Source of the DNA: a virus
Taxonomy: Duplodnaviria; Caudoviricetes
Length of the DNA: 64,000 nt
IMG/VR virus record: IMGVR_UViG_3300038530_003085
Coordinates: 64,001-128,000 of that record
Direction: 5' to 3' (one strand)
Part shown: in pieces, positions 63,088-64,000 of the stretch
How the letters are laid out: each line of letters starts with the position of its first letter
Position numbering within the stretch: position 1 is the first letter of the stretch
The notes under the pieces: generated by a model
The model's database searches: none
Seen by the model: the letters and a program-made list of their open reading frames with translations, nothing else
Told to the model about the DNA's origin: nothing
Program-made: the position numbers and the translations under genes

Positions 63088-64000
63088 CTATGTTGCCAAT
63101 CCATTCATACTTAGTATCGCAATCAAACCGGGCACATTTTTTCTGACATAAACACCAGAGAAAAGTGTCTCACATCGACCGCCGACATAAGCGATTGCCG
63201 ACTCAATATTTTTGCTAACTCTTGGGTCAGCTACCATCTCTTCTGATACAACCAGCACCAATGATCCTGCTGCAGCCTTACCTTTGGGTGGAGGACAGGC
63301 AGAACGATTCATGCAGTTATGGAGGATCACCGATCCAAGCTTTCCAGTATTTGGATCTTTAATCATAGTTGAGCCCATGAAGGCACGACCGTCATTGCCC
63401 AGACAAGTTTCTAAGTCCTTACTATCAAAAGACTGGATCGGTGAATCCTCATTGGAGAGTTTCAAAACTTGGGCTAATGACTTTGCAAATTGTGTGTTGG
63501 CGACCGGATACATACCCAGCATACCAATTCTACCACGAAGTAATCTTGTTGCTCGTTCGTTATCAAGAATGATGTGTGGATGTCTTGACACATCATTCGC
63601 AAGAGTGAGAGCATTTCTAGCTATTGTGGGGTTGAGATTTTCTTGTGCTGTTGGCCAAGATGTGACATACACTACTTGCCCAGAAGCTTGAACAGAGCGA
63701 AGGTACCGCTCAAACACAGGATGAAGAGCAGTGACAGAACTACCGGTCCCACCGCCACCGCCAGCAAGGACGAATAACCAATCAACTTTACCAAGTTTGA
63801 TGCGCAGAGCATCTTCAACAATCGCTCCATTTTGTGTTAATACCTCTTTTCCATATTCTACATTTTTGCCAATACCGTCGGCATCGGGAATGAGGACAAC
63901 GTGATCCTCTTCAACATTCTTAGGAATGTCTTTGCCTGTTGTATTAACAAGCAATGTTTTGTTAAAGCCAAGCTCAATAAAAGCGTTAGCCATTTTGTTG
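63088..64000 (-). CDS. Tubulin/FtsZ-family GTPase (PhuZ/CetZ-like), 5' end outside window
   Basis: DGIGKN, intact signature AGGGGGTGSS, ILDNE, FDSKD T7-like loop; frame stays open beyond 63993 (...NKMANAF follows the T1 loop). Confidence 0.88.
   Translation of the reverse strand, partial: NKMANAFIELGFNKTLLVNTTGKDIPKNVEEDHVVLIPDADGIGKNVEYGKEVLTQNGAIVEDALRIKLGKVDWLFVLAGGGGGTGSSVTALHPVFERYLRSVQASGQVVYVTSWPTAQENLNPTIARNALTLANDVSRHPHIILDNERATRLLRGRIGMLGMYPVANTQFAKSLAQVLKLSNEDSPIQSFDSKDLETCLGNDGRAFMGSTMIKDPNTGKLGSVILHNCMNRSACPPPKGKAAAGSLVLVVSEEMVADPRVSKNIESAIAYVGGRCETLFSGVYVRKNVPGLIAILSMNGLAT

Noticed and set aside
1148-63691. Plus-strand and nested alternative-frame ORFs in the track (e.g. 41957-42508, 63212-63691, 48036-48590)
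   Set aside because: They are antisense or out-of-frame shadows of well-supported minus-strand genes, with no recognisable motifs
1-64000. Stop-codon reassignment, tRNA genes, CRISPR array
   Set aside because: Genes are full length under code 11 with all three stops used, and the short intergenic gaps show no cloverleaf or repeat-spacer pattern by eye (tRNAscan not run)

Overview
This 64 kb window comes from a large, AT-rich, contractile-tailed dsDNA phage with a T4-like virion module. Every credible gene is on the minus strand and uses the standard genetic code. Reading in the direction of transcription (high to low coordinates), the first block holds a tubulin/FtsZ-family GTPase (cut by the window edge), small acidic proteins sharing an N-terminal MKITKxxLKxII.EE leader, and a holin/spanin-like trio. 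The virion module follows: terminase, portal, prohead protease, ribosomal protein bS21, paralogous fibre/decoration proteins with a stand-alone Smr gene among them, scaffold, major capsid, neck, sheath, tube, a gp26/gp51-like pair joined by a slippery T7 run, tape measure and baseplate. The last block covers replication and metabolism: a minimal family-A polymerase coupled to a second, degenerate tubulin-like gene, gp32-like SSB, RecA, 5'-3' exonuclease, DnaB-like helicase, class II RNR, GroES, amidase, DnaE, ClpP, J-domain protein, PurA, dUTPase, a PD-(D/E)xK + ParB-like + two methyltransferase cassette, thioredoxin and an IMPDH/GMP-reductase. Two promoter classes are visible by eye: sigma70-type TTGACw-17-TATAAT before replication genes, and a recurrent CTA(T/C/A)TTA motif before virion genes. 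I saw no tRNA, CRISPR array, intron or intein. All family calls come from motif recognition, not database searches.
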